Assembly (NCBI GenBank): GCA_035221665.1
Contig: CM069149.1
Coordinates: 31,682,001-31,746,000 of the forward strand
DNA from: Okamejei kenojei
Lineage: Eukaryota
Direction of reading: 5' to 3'
DNA length: 64,000 bases
The position numbers and the translations under genes are program-made. Below the pieces are notes generated by a model. The model did no database searches. It worked only from the letters and a program-made list of their open reading frames with translations, and was not told the DNA's origin. Below are positions 23,138 through 35,680 of the stretch, in pieces; the stretch's first letter is position 1, and the number at the start of each line of letters is the position of its first letter.

Positions 23138-24902
23138 CAAACCTCCATAATGTTTGGGCATAGACCGATCATTTATTTATTTGCCTCTGTACTCCACAAT
23201 TTGAGATTAATAATAGAAAAAACTCACATGTGGTTAAAGTGCACATTGTCAGATTTTAATAAAGGCCATTTTTACACATTTTGGTTTCACCATGTAGCAA
23301 TTACAGCTTTGTTTATGCATAGTCCCCCTCCCCCTCACCGGCACCATAATGTTGGGACACAGCAATGTCATGTAAATGAAAGTAGTCATGTTTAGTATTT
23401 TGTTGCATATCTTTTGCATGCAATGACTGCTTGAAGTTTGTGACTCATGGACATCACCAGTTACTGAGTCTTCTCTGGTGGTGCCCAGCAAGGCCTTTAT
23501 TGCAGCCATCTTTAGCTTATGCTTGTAATGGGGGATAGTCCCCTTCAGTTTTCTCTTCAGCATATAAAAGGCATGCTCAATTGGGTTCAGATCAGGTGAT
23601 TGATTGGGCCGCACAAGAATTTATAATTTTTCAGCTTTAAAAAACTCCTTTGTTGCTTTAACAGTATGTTTTGGATCATTGTCTTGCAGTAGAATGAACC
23701 GCCGGCCAATGAGTTTTGAGGTATTTGTTTGAACTTGAGCAGATAGGATTGTGTCTAAACACTTCAGAATTCATTATGCTACTACCATCAACAGTTGTAT
23801 CATCAATGACGATAAGTGAGCCTGTACCTTCAGCAGCTATACATGCCCAGCCCATAACACCACCATCACCGTGTTTCACAGGTGAGGTGGTATGCCTTGG
23901 ATCTTGGGCAGTTCCTTCTCTACTCCATACTTTGCACTTGCTATCACTATGAAATAAGTTAATCTTCATCTCATCTGCCTACAAGACCTTTTTCCAGAAC
24001 TGTGGTTACTCTTTTAAGTACTTCTTGTCAAACTGTACCCTTCTTTCTCTTCTTAAACCCTTTGCTCCTCTAGGGAGCACAGACCATTGATAAATGTCCT
24101 CCACCTCACTCGGTTGTTGTCAGTTCTTTTGAGATCTCCCCAGTTGAGCCCACTCTCAGACATTTCTGTCTGGACACCTCTTCTCCAGCTGTTCTTGGGG
24201 CAACCTATTTTCCTTTTTCCTTGGGGGTTTCATTTCAGGGCTTGACAGGTGATGTTTGTGGCAGGTTTCCTGAGGGTGTGTCCATTCGAACTCCATTTTC
24301 TCCTTCGAATTTGTAAGTCCTAACTTTGTCTCTCCACCAGATGTTAAGTATTCTCCTAAGGCAGGTGTAAATGAATGTTAACATCTGGCCATCCAGTAGT
24401 TTGCATCTTGTAGTGTAGCCTCTCTTTCTGTTCATGAAGTCTTCTGCGGATAGTGGTCATTGACAAATCCACACCTGACTCCTGAAGCATGTTTCTGATC
24501 TGTCGGATAGGTGTTTGGGGATTTGTCTTTATTAAAGAGATAATTTTTCTGTCGTCAGCTGTGGAGGTCTTCCTTGGCCTGCCAGTGCCTTTGCGATTAG
24601 TAAGCTCACCAGTACTGTCTTTCTTCTTAATGATGTTCCAAACCGTTGATTTTGGTCAGCCTAAGGTTTGACTGATGTTTCTAACTGTTTTATTCTTGTT
24701 TCTCAGTCTCATAATGGCTTATTTGACTTTCATTGGCACAACTTTGGTCCTCGTAATGATAAACAGCAATAAAAGTTTCCAAAGGGGATAGAAAGACTGG
24801 AAGAAACACCACATGTGTTTTTTTCTATTACAAACCTCAAATTGTGGAGTAGAGCCAAATAAATAAATAATGGGTCTGTCCCAAACACTATGGAGGGGAC
24901 TG
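23138..24902 (-). mobile_element. Tc1/mariner DNA transposon, degenerate, with ~100-bp terminal inverted repeats
   Basis: TIRs (cctccataatgtttggg...cacatgtgg / ccacatgtg...cccaaacactatggagg); left TA flank; transposase remnants KHGDGGVMGWACIAAEGTG and SPDLNPIEH on the minus strand. Confidence 0.9.
24040..24379 (-). mobile_element. RTE-type LINE 3' fragment nested in the Tc1 element
   Basis: Minus-frame TFIYTCLRRILNIWWRDKV; purine-rich tail-like end near 24040; interrupts the Tc1 coding sequence. Confidence 0.7.
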
Positions 24903-25174
24903 CACCTCAACCATTTCAATCCTACTGAATCTCTACACTTTGCACTTCTATGGTTGCTTTGCATACTTTGGATTTTGCCCTACCATAGTCTCATTTACTT
25001 GGAATAAATAGAAATGTATTGGATATTGTTGCTTATTGCATCATGGGTGCCTGTGCAGCTGCTGCAAGTAAGAATTTCAATGTTGCAGTTCATATCCAAA
25101 GCATACTCGTATCTGCAGAGTATTGTATACAGTTCTGATCGTTCTACTATACGATGTGATTAAGATAGAGAGGG

Positions 25175-26203
25175 TGGGTCAGTGACTAGTGGGGTACCGC
25201 AAGGCTCACTGCTGGGACACCAGCTATTTACAATATATATTAATGATCTGGATGAGCGAATTGAATGCAATATCTCCAAGTTTGCGGATGACACGAAGCT
25301 GAGGGGCAGTGTTAGCTGTGAGGAGGATGCTAGGAGGCTGCAAGGTGACTTGGACAGGTTGGGTGAGTGGGCAAATGCATGGCAGATGCAGTATAATGTG
25401 GATAAATGTGAGGTTATCCACTTTGGCGGCAAAAACAGGTGGGTAGACTATTATCTGAATGGTGGCCGATTAGGGATTGGGAGATGCCACGAGACCTGGG
25501 TGTCATGGTACACCGGTCATTGAAAGAAGGCATGCAGTTGCAGCAGGCTGTGAAGAAAGCGAATGGTATGTTGCCATTCATAGCAAAATAGATTTGAGTA
25601 CAAGAGCAGGGAGGTTCTACTGCAGTTGTACAGGGTCTTGGTGAGGCCACACCTGGAGTATTGCGTACAGATTTGGTCTCCTAATCTGAGGAAATACATT
25701 CTTGCCATAGAGGGAGTACAGAGAAGGTTCACCAGATTGATTCCTGGGATGGCAGGACTTCCATATGAAGACTGGATAGACTCGGCTTGTACTCGCTGGA
25801 ATTTAGAAGATTGAGGGGGGATCTTATAGAAACTTACAAAATTCTTAAGGGATTGGACAGGCTAGATGCAGGAAGATTGTTCCCGATGTTGGGGAAGTCC
25901 AGGACAAGGGGTCACAGTTTAAGGATAAGGGGGAAGTCTTTTAGGACCGAGATGAGATCATTTTTCACACAGAGAGTGGTGAATCTGTGGAATTCTCTGC
26001 CACAGAAGGTAGTTGAGGCCAGTTCATTGGCTATATTTAAGAGGGAGTTAGATGTGACCCTTGTGGCTAAAGGGATCAAGGGGTGTGGAGAAAAGGCAGA
26101 TACAGGATACCGAGTTGAAAGATCAGCCATGATCATATTGAATGGCGGTGCAGGCTCAAAGGGTCGAATGGCCTATTCCTGCACCTATTTTCTATGTTTC
26201 TAA
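25175..26203 (+). mobile_element. CR1-type LINE 3' portion (RT C-terminus and 3'UTR)
   Basis: [31 protein letters not shown]; YRVLVRPHLEYCVQIWSP; TRGHSLRI..FFTQRVVNLWNSLP; 3' end cctattttctatgtttct. Confidence 0.92.
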
Positions 26204-28939
26204 AGAAAACATTCATAGGATGTTGCCAAGATTGGAGGTCTTGAGATTGGAGAGGCAGGGACTTATATCCTGGAAGCCAAGGAGTGACCTTCGAAGTATA
26301 GAAAATCATGAGGGGCATGGAAAGTGGATAGACATGGTTTAGAGGTGAGAAATTGTTCGGATCTGAAAACACGTTAAATCAGAAAAGCAGTAAATGGGTG
26401 GACATTGAGGGCTTGTCAACCCCTGTTGAGAAAATAGCAAAAATATATCAGAAATGGTGCAGCGGAGATGTTTAAACTGGGAATCTAGGAGAATGGAGGT
26501 GTGTTGACAGGAATCACTGGCTAAGTATAACATTCATTGGGTTTAAGGGGATATTGATCAACTTCCAGAAAGGGAAAACAAGAAAGGAAAAGGAGAAGTC
26601 AGGAGATTTACCCTGTTTTACTCAAAAGTTGTTAAATATTCAAGTCCAGGGCAGGCCACCAATTTTGGTATAATCTGTAAATTTGCTAAATGTTAATTAC
26701 ATTGTCATGCACATCTTTAATGTAAACAAATACAGACATCAGTGTAGCCAGCAGTCCATTGATCAAAGGCCTCCAATCAGAACAACAATCCTCCACAACT
26801 ACCCTTTGATTCCTTGATCCAAGTCAATTTTGAATGCAATTGGCTATCTCACTTTGGATTTCATGTGTTCTAAACTTCCAGACCAACCAACAATATGGGA
26901 CCTTGTCATAGGTCCTACTGGTCCATATAGATAATGTCCACTGCCCTACACTCATCAATTCTTTTGGTGAGCTCTTTAAAAAAAAATTATGAGTGCCTTA
27001 TTGCCATATGTCCTGAAACAGAACAATGTAATTCTTACTTGCAGCAGCAGCCCAACAGGTTGTAAACACAGTATTTAATAATAATATTTAAATAATACAA
27101 TAAAACAAATAATTAAAAAAAGATCTTCAGTAAAAATGGATGAGAAATTTGCATTTAATATATGTACATCATTTGTATCAGTTTGTAACGTTATAAAATG
27201 CACCTGTACTTGCCAATAATGCACTATTGCATTATAAAACACCAGTGTTACAGCACAATGACAAATGCATGAACTGATTAATATACATCCAACAGACCCA
27301 TATGTCCCTATACATTAAAACATACAAAAATCATGCATTATACACCAGGTTAATTTAATTATATATGCAAACTCTGCACGGCTATACCACTATAAAATAG
27401 AAATGTTAGAAATACTCAACAGTTCATGTAGCATCTGTGAGAAGAAAATCTGAGCTAATGCTTTGTCTAAGACTCTTCATCAGAACCAGAGAGAAATTAC
27501 GCTTGTTAAGTTGCAAGAAGGGTTAACGAGGAGTGTGTCTTTGATAGGATAAAACAAGAGTCACCAACCGTTAGGTCAGAGTAATGATGGGATGGAAAAC
27601 ATGGTTGCATGGAAGAGTGCCGTAAGAAGGGAAGGGGTGTGATTGGTGGGAACAGAAGAGTGAATCAGGAGTTGTGGAGAGAACACTCTGTGAAATGTTT
27701 AAAACGGAGGAGAGAAGATATATCTGGTGGTGGAATCACTTTGAAAGCTGTGGAAATTACAGGGGATCTGTTGAATATAATCTGCTGGAGGATGGTTGTT
27801 GGGTGGAAAATGAGGACCAAAGGATGTAGTACCCAGCCGTATTCTAATTTCAATCATTGGACATATGGGGACAGTACCGACCAAATATCTGTGTGACATA
27901 AGTAGCAAATTTATAATTGTTACTACAATATTCTTGTACTATAATCTCAGTGCCTTCTGAAGAAAGATTGTCAGCCTGCACTGTCTTTTGCATTTGCATT
28001 GATGGTGTCTGAACTTCCATCATTTTCTTTTTCTCATTATATTGGCAAGCCTATACTTACGTACAGAATACTTACCAGGAAGCAAAGTATCCTTCCCATT
28101 AAATACAGCGGCCCAGTATCTAACAGACTTTTACAAGCTATACTTTACATCACCAAGATATAGAGCTACAATCCCATGAGAGCCTAAATGACTAGTACTA
28201 AGCACCACTGTCAAAAACACGTATACTTTCCCCCTGTGTTATTTTCCAATGTCCAACAGTGTAAGTTCCCCAATGCTGTATTCTTCTGACCAATCAGAAA
28301 CTGCAATTTTATACAATAGCTCAACGTTTCTCAATTGCATGCTGGTACTGCACCCCAATGTCATGTACCAACCTGCAAGTGTTGGTGACATAACCCCCCC
28401 CTCCCCCATGTTATAGTGACAGCTCTACCTGGCCAAATACAGTACCTCAGTGTTACTCAGAGCTGCATGCACTAGTATATCACACAAGGTTTAAAGTAAT
28501 AGCCCTGACCTTTATCCAGAATTTTGAGCTGGCAGAGGTACCTGCCAATATTGAAGTCCAAAGTTATACATAATAATCAATAACATATTGCATGACATAG
28601 TTACAGTCGTGCATCTTAAACAATAGAGCCAGTCTCTCTTGTCCATGTAATAAAGCAAAAACACTATAGCCTCCAGCAGCATTCCCTATAATGGCAGACC
28701 TCATACATCAGCACCGTGTCACATTGTTTTATTACCCGGTTACTGTGGCAAATGCGTGCCCCTCGTTCTGTAGGCCAGTATTTATAGACATTGACAGATT
28801 TGTACCACCCCGTCACGCCCCCCGGTGCTGTACACAGCTGTAACTGCTCTCCACGATCAGAAAGCTGTGAAGTTGTGCTGGGCGTTTTGTTTTGAACTAC
28901 ACTCTTGGCACAGTTTTACGCCCCTGGCTAACAACCCTC

Positions 28940-29445
28940 GCTGGCTCTGCGTCGCCAGGACAACCTGCCGCCAGATGTCTCCGAGTTTGAAAGTCCCGCT
29001 GCCGGAGTTGATCGGGGACCGGGGAACGGGTGGCATTCCCTCGCCTGCCCGGTGACAGTGCGGGCCGGAGCGGGTCCGGCGGCCGGGCTGCCCGTCGCCC
29101 CCACGGCTGCGGGCTCCGCTCCCTGCCCCGTGCCCCGTGCCCCGTGCCGGGGTGCAGCCTCTCACTCGGGGGCCCGGTTTCCAAGGCCCGGGAACGAGCG
29201 GAGGCGCCGCTCGCCGAGCGCCGCGCTCCTCCCTCGGGGACCTGCACTCACCTCCTCCGAGGTGCTCAGAGCCTCCGCCTCGTCCCCCGCCGGATCCGTC
29301 AACTCCTCCGGCCCGTTCAGCGTCGGTGGGTCGGGGCTGGCGGCCGCCATCTTACAGCGCAGACACAGGGCCGGACGTGACGTCAGGGCTGGCCGCCCGG
29401 TGACGTCATGTGGTCTCGGTGACGCGCCCGCTGGGAAAGGGAACC
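28940..29445 (-). promoter_or_regulatory. BRAF CpG island/promoter with two palindromic CRE sites and a YY1-type motif
   Basis: CpG-dense; TGACGTCA at 29378-29385 and 29401-29408; AAGATGGCGG spans the start codon on the minus strand. Confidence 0.8.
29252..29350 (-). CDS. BRAF: B-Raf, coding exon 1
   Basis: ATG (aagATGG) in the CpG island; MAAASPDPPTLNGPEELTDPAGDEAEALSTSEE, ending ..EE|gtgagt in phase 0, which joins exon 2 (EE|VWNIKQ) as in other vertebrate BRAF. Confidence 0.9.
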
Positions 29446-29499
29446 CTGCCAGTCGTGGGATGGGGATAGCAGGGCAGGGAGCAAAGACGGGCTGAGTGG

Positions 29500-31680
29500 T
29501 CTTTCCAGGGAGGGAGAGAGACAGCTGATTGCACAAGGAGATACAGGAGAGAAAGATGTTTTCATGGGGAGAGAGAGACAAGTGATTTCAGTGAGATAAA
29601 TAGAGGAGGGGCAGATATTGCATGGGGAGAAATAAAGGAGATTGTATGGGGGGAGAGAGAGATAGATAGAAGGAAGGAAGAGAGGCAGGTGGTTGCAGGG
29701 GAGAGGGGAAGAAATGGGTGATTGCGGGGTGAAAGAAGAGTGGCAGGTGATTATAGAGGAGAGAGAAGAGAGGCAGGTGGTTATAGAGAAGAGGAGAGAC
29801 ATAATTATAGGGAGAGAATGGGGACAGGTTACTGCAGGGGTAGAGATAGAGACAAGAGTAATTACAGGGGGAGAGAGAGTTAGAGGAGAAATGTGATTGA
29901 TTCAAGAGAGTTTATTGTCATGTGTCCCAGATAGGACAATGAAATTCTTGCTTTGCTTCAGCACAACAGAATATAGTAGGCATAAATAAATACAGAACAG
30001 ATCAGTGTGACCATATACCATTGAATCTGTATATACACACGTATTGCATGGGGGGGGGAGACTAGTGATTGCATATATACGGAACCTTTTTTGTTAATAA
30101 TTTCATTGTTCCATTTTGAGACATATGACAATAAAACACTCTTGACTTGAAAAGAATTACAGAGAAACAAGACTGGTGATTGCGAGTGGAAAGGGGGAGA
30201 GGAGAGACAGGTGGTTGAGGGGGAGAGATATTGGAGAAACAGTTGATTGTAGGGGAAAATGAGAGAGCTATGAGAGAGACCAGTGGAGGGTGAGTGAGGG
30301 TAGAGGTTATTGAGGGATGGAAAGAGAGCGAGACAGATGAGAGAGAGAGAGAGAGGACAGACAGTTATTGCAGGGGAAGAGTTAGAGGAGAGACAGGTGA
30401 TTACAGGAGGGGTGGAGAGGGAAGAAAGACAAACTATTGCAGGGGAGAGAGAGAAATTGAGCAGAGAGAGACAGGTGATACTGGGAGCCTAGAGGAGAGA
30501 AAGGTTATTGGAGAGAGAGGAGAAACAAGTTGTCGCAGAGAGAGGAGTGAAGCAGGTTCTGTGGTGGAGAGAGATGGGAGATTGACAAGGTTATCAGAAG
30601 GGGAGAAATAATAGACAGGGTAATTGCAGGGGGAGACAGAGTGCAGAGACATGTAATTGCAGGAGAAGACATGGGATTGAGGCAGACAGATTACTGCAGG
30701 GGGAGAGATAGAGGAGTTACGGGAGATTACAGAGTGGGGAAAGAGAGAGGGACAGGTGATTGGACGGGGAGCAGAGAGAAAGGTGATTACAGGGGTAGAC
30801 TGAGTAAGTTGGAGGAGAGAATACTGATTGCAAGGAGAGAGAAGCAGGTGATTGCAAGGGGAGTGCGTGAGGAGAGACAGGTTGTTGCAGAGGGAGCGAG
30901 GAGAGATTAGCAATTGCAGGGAGAGACTGGAAAAATACATTAGGAGAAAGGCAGGGAGTGAATTATAGGGGGAGGGGGTTCAGAGGTTATTGCAGGGAGA
31001 AAAAAAAGGTGAGAGGGAGGAGAGATTATTGAGGGATGGACAGAGAGGAGGGACGGTTAGAGAGGGAGGGAAAGATTGCGAATAGACGGGTTATTGCAAG
31101 GAGAAAGTGGTAAGGCAGGTGAATGTGGGCAAAGTGAGAAGAGAGACAGGTTATTGCTGAGTGAGAGAAAGGAGAGATTACCGCAGGGAGAGAGAGACGG
31201 AGCAGAGAATTGTAGAGAGGAGAGCGTGGATATCCGTGTGTTTAGAGGAGTGAAGAAGTGGGGCAGTGTTGCAAGGGAAGAGAGAGGAGAGACAGGTAAT
31301 TGCATAGGGGAGAGACAAGAATGATGGTGGCTGCCAGAAGAGAGAGACAGGAGAAAAAGGATACAGCAGGAAGAGAAAGAGAGGGATTGCTGGTGCAGAG
31401 AGATGGAAGACAGACAGGCTATTGCAGTGGGAGAGAGAGGAGATGGAGACAGGTGATTGCAGAGGGAGAGAGAGGAGAAACAGCTTGTTGAAAGAGGAGG
31501 TATTGCAAAGAGGGGTGAGTAGGGGGGAGAGGTTATTGCAGGGAGAAAGAGAGATTACTGCAGGGTGAGAGAGAGTAGAAAGAGGTTGTTTTAGAGGAGA
31601 TGAGGAAGGGGAGGAAAGGTTAATTGCACGAGGTGAGAGGGAGGAGTTTCGGATTATTGCAGTGAGAGAGAGAGATATTT
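29500..31680. repeat. purine-rich degenerate tandem array (approx. unit gagagacaggtgattgcagggga)
   Basis: Recurrent GAGAGACAGGTGATTGCAGG-like motifs separated by (GA)n; strong strand asymmetry; short interruption ~29900-30150. Confidence 0.75.
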
Positions 31681-31889
31681 GCATGTGCTCGGGAAAAAAA
31701 AGAGAATTAAAATCATTGTAGGAAGATAGCATTTTTTTTAAATGAAAACGGCCATTCATTCCTAGTACTCGACAACCAGCATGCCTGGGTTTTTTTTTTA
31801 AATGTCTGTGTATATAGTGGATATACTGGTTGTCAAATTCCACATTTCAATAGAATGATTCCCAAGGATCTGAATACAATAAATGCAAT

Positions 31890-32086
31890 TGCCTCAGAGG
31901 GCGGTGGAGGCCGGTTCTCTGGATACTTTAAAGAGAGAGCTAGATAGGGCTCTTAAAGATAGCGGTCAGGGGATATGGGGAGAAGGTAGGAACTGGGTAC
32001 TGATTGGGGATGATCAGCCATGATCACATTGAATGGTGGTGCTGGCTCGAAGGGCCGAATGGCCTACCTCCTGCACCTATTGTCTA
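31890..32086 (+). mobile_element. CR1 LINE 3' end
   Basis: gcctcagagggcggtggaggcc...gaatggcctacctcctgcacctattgtct; same tail as 4975-5055, 43830-44030 (-) and 50035-50430. Confidence 0.8.
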
Positions 32087-32449
32087 AATGCAACCCCACT
32101 ATTTGAGAAAGCAGGGAGCGAGAAAGGTGTTAAGTTCAGAACTTTTTGCCTGATATCAGGAGGAAAGATCCAAAAAAACTATTATTAAGGATGCAGATAA
32201 ATACTTGTATTCAGCAGAATCAGCTTGGATTTATGATTGGGAAATCATATTGGACTAATCTGTTAGAGATTTTTGAGGTTCTAATTGGCAGAATAGATTA
32301 AGGGGAACCAGCTGATGTGGCATATTTGTATTTTACTACCGCATTGGACAATGTGTAATATACAGAACGGATTGAGTATTGGCCTAGATTGGCGGGAATC
32401 GGTGAATGGTCACAGTCTTTTTCTAAGGCAAAGAGAGTGTAAATCTGGA

Positions 32450-32660
32450 TGGCAGCGCCGGAGACCCGGGTTCGATCCTGACTACGGGTGCTGTCTGTAC
32501 GGAGTTTGTACGTTCTCCCCGTGACCCGCATGGGTTTTCTCCAAGATTTTCGGTTTCCTCCCACACTCAAAAGACGTACAGGTATTTAGGTAAATTGGCT
32601 TGGTAAATGTAAAAATGTAAAAATGTAAAAATTGTCCCTAGTGTGTGTAGGATAGTGCAT
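32450..32660 (+). mobile_element. tRNA-derived V-SINE (HE1-like)
   Basis: B-box-like gggttcgatcc followed by the V-domain gtctgtacggagtttgtacgttctccccgtgac..gggtttt..cggtttcctcccacactc. Confidence 0.8.
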
Positions 32661-32792
32661 CCCCTTAGATGCACTGAGTCTCTTGCCCTGAGTAGGTGAA
32701 CCAAGGACCAGATGACATAGGTTTAAGGTGAAGGGGAACCGCGGACCGGGTAGGGCAAAGGTCTGTTTCCGCGCTGTATCTCTAAACTAAAC

Positions 32793-32911
32793 GGGGTGGG
32801 AGATTGCAACCGTCACGTGGTCCGCCCTGTTTCAACAAATGCAATCAACCTGGCGTGCACAATCAAATAGTCCTACAACTTTAGGCTGTGCACGTCGTAA
32901 GCAAGAAGAAG
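32793..32911 (+). mobile_element. short non-autonomous retroelement headed by an HDV-like ribozyme fold (copy 1)
   Basis: TSD tctaaactaaac (32781-32792 / 32912-32923); starts GGGGTGGGAGATTGCAACC; ends aagaagaag. Confidence 0.85.
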
Positions 32912-33824
32912 TCTAAACTAAACTAAACTGTTTACAATCTATATCAATCTGTCACAGTTATCCAGCAAAGAAATAGGTCCTATGGCCCAACCTTCCCATT
33001 CCAAACAATGTACCTACCTGAGCTAGTCCCATTTGACTGCATTTGGCCCATATTTCCCCCTAAACCTTTTCTACCCATCATCTCACCAAATGTCTTTTTT
33101 AAACTTGTAATTGTACCCACCTCTACCACTTCCTCTGGCATTTTGTTCCACAAACACACCAATCTCTGTGTGAAAAGGTTGCCCTTCAACTCAGCATTAA
33201 ATCTTTCCCCTGTCCTTAAAACTATGCCACCTAGTTTGACACTTTCCTCGCCTTGGAAAAAGTCTGTGACCATTCACCTTATCTTATGAGCCCCTCATGA
33301 CTTTATATACCTCTACAAGGTCATCCCTCAGCCCCCTATGCCGGTGAAAAATGCCCCAATCCATCTTATCTCTCCTTATAACCCAAGCCTTCCAACACCG
33401 GTACAATCCTTCTGAATCTTTTCTGCACTGCATCCAATGTAATGAAATCCTTCCTCGGGCTAGGTTGACTTTGATGAGGGTTTGTGACTTTGATGCACAT
33501 CTTTGTTTGCTGATGATACTAAAGTGGATGGCAGTATGCAAGGTGGGGAGAATGCAGAATGGCTTCAGGGAGAAATAGATAAGAGAATGGGCGATGTCAT
33601 GGTTTGCTGAAAATAGTGTGGGAATAATGTGAGGTCATTCACTTTGGTAGAAAAGTGGAGTATTTTGTAACTGGTGAAATTTTGAAAGCGGGAACTAGAT
33701 GTCCTTGTGTACGGATCACTGAAAGTGAACTTGCCGGTGCAGCAAAATATGCTGTTCAGCTGTAAAATCACATTCTGCACCTTGTTTCCTTTCTCTTTTA
33801 GCTTTACCAGTCATAGTCGCCCAT

Positions 33825-33958
33825 CAGTCTGGAGAAGGGTCTCGACCCGAAACGTCGCCCATTCCTTCTCTCCAGAGATGCTGCCTCACCCGCTGAATTA
33901 CTCTAGCATTTTGTGTCTACCTTCGATTTAAACCAGCATCTGCAGTTCTTTCTTACAC
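33825..33958 (+). mobile_element. Penelope pseudo-LTR solo copy
   Basis: cagtctggagaagggtctcgacccgaaacgtcgcccatt...cagttctttcttacac. Confidence 0.8.
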
Positions 33959-34059
33959 ATAATCGTCAATGGTATGATTTGCTTGGATTGCAAGCAAAAC
34001 AAGGTTTTTCACCTGTCTACATACACGTGACAATGAGAAACTAATGCCAATTCTGAGAA

Positions 34060-34720
34060 GATAGACACAAAATGCTGGAGTGACTCAGCAGGACAGGCAG
34101 CATCTTTGGATAGAATGAATGGATGATATTTCGGGTCGAGACCCTTCTTCAGACTAGTCAGGGGAATGGGAGACACAGAGATAAGGAAGGGTAAGGTGTA
34201 ATAATGAGATCAAAAGCGATGCGGGTCAAGGAACATGTAGAATAGATCATTGTTGGCTGGGAGAAAGTGACAATGAAGCAAACAGATAAAATGTAATCGT
34301 GGACAGTCAGACTTGTCAGAGAACTAGGAAGGGGAGGGATGGGGAGAGAGAGAGGGAGAGCAAGGGTTTCCTGAAGTTAGAGAATATTCATACAGCTGGG
34401 GTGTAAGCTGCCCAAGTGAAATATGAGGTGCGGTTCAGAACAGAAAGGTCAGTATGGCAAAAAAAGGGAAGAGGAGTTGAAATAGTTATCAACTGGGAGA
34501 ACCAGTGCCCCATGGCAGAACGAGCCCAAGTGTTCGGCAAAACGGTCACTGAGTCTACGCTTGGTGTTGCTTGATGTGCAGGAGCATGGGATGTTGTAGA
34601 TGAGGTTGGAATAGATGCATGTGAACCTCTGTCTCACCTGGAAGGACTGCCAGGGTTCCTAGATGGGGGTGAGGAAGGAAGTATAGGGACACGTGTTACA
34701 TTTCCTGTGGTTATAAGGGA
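34060..34720 (-). mobile_element. Penelope-like element 3' end (GIY-YIG endonuclease remnant plus pLTR)
   Basis: Minus-frame RQRFTCIYSNLIY..TKRRLSDRFAEHL; pLTR at 34060-34155. Confidence 0.85.
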
Positions 34721-34919
34721 AAGTTCTCTGCTCCAAGATGTGGCTTTCCATTCTAGGGCATCCAAGATGTCCATTTTCTTTAGTTATTCCGGTTTCCCTC
34801 CTGCTGTCATGGATGGATCCTTCACCTGACTGGTGGTGGGATCACGTTGGAGGTGATGGAAATGTCAGAGGATGATGTCTTGGATGGTGGGGTGAAAGGT
34901 GTCAACTGGGGAAACCTTT

Positions 34920-35680
34920 GCCCTGAAAGAGCTATTATTTCTCCCTGCCCCTTCCCTACAGAACTCATCACCAAATACCTTAATTCCATCCTAACTGCTC
35001 ATGTCCAGTCCCTTCCGACTGATATCTGAGTACCTTACACACCCTCCAATTCTAAAATAATTCTCCATTTCTAGGCCCACATTGCCTCATCTTTATCATA
35101 GACATCCAGTCCCTTTTCAACTCCATTCTCTACCAGCACCCTTCTCAAGAGCCTCCAGTTCCTCTTTGAACAGACCCAATCAATTTCCCTCTACCAACAT
35201 TCCCCTCCGCCTGGCAGAACTTGTCCTCACCCTCAGCAACTTCTCTTTTGACTCCTCTACCTTTCTCCAAGTTAAAGATATAGCATAGACACTGGGATGG
35301 GCCTCAGCTATACCTGCCTTTTTGTTGGGTATGTCAAACAGTCCTATTCCAGGCGAACACTGGCCCCATCACCCAACTCCTTCTCCGCTACATCAACAAC
35401 TGCATCGGGCCTACCACCTGCACAGGTGCAAAACTCATGGACTTTATTAACTTCCCCACTAACTTCCACCCTGCCCTCAAATTCACCTGTAATTCATTGT
35501 ACACCTCTCCCTCCTATTCTCGATCTCTCTGTCTCCATCACAGGAGACAGACTATTGATGGACGTCTATTACAAACCTATCAACAGTTATCTGGATTCCA
35601 CTTGTTCTTACCCTGCTTCTTGCAAAGACTCTATCACCAACTATTAATTTCTCAGTTTCCGCCACATCTGCTCCAAGATG
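34920..35680 (+). mobile_element. Penelope-like RT fragment
   Basis: LRLAELVLTLSNFSFDSSTFLQVK, MGLSYTCLFVGYV, FHPALKFT, LDLSVSITGDRL..DVYYKP. Confidence 0.85.

Noticed and set aside
28825-29581. Multiple overlapping ORFs around the BRAF start
   Set aside because: Caused by the high GC of the CpG island; only 29252-29350 has a matching splice phase and BRAF similarity.
29588-31843. Ser/Leu/Pro- and Glu/Arg-rich ORFs
   Set aside because: Low-complexity translations of the purine-rich array.
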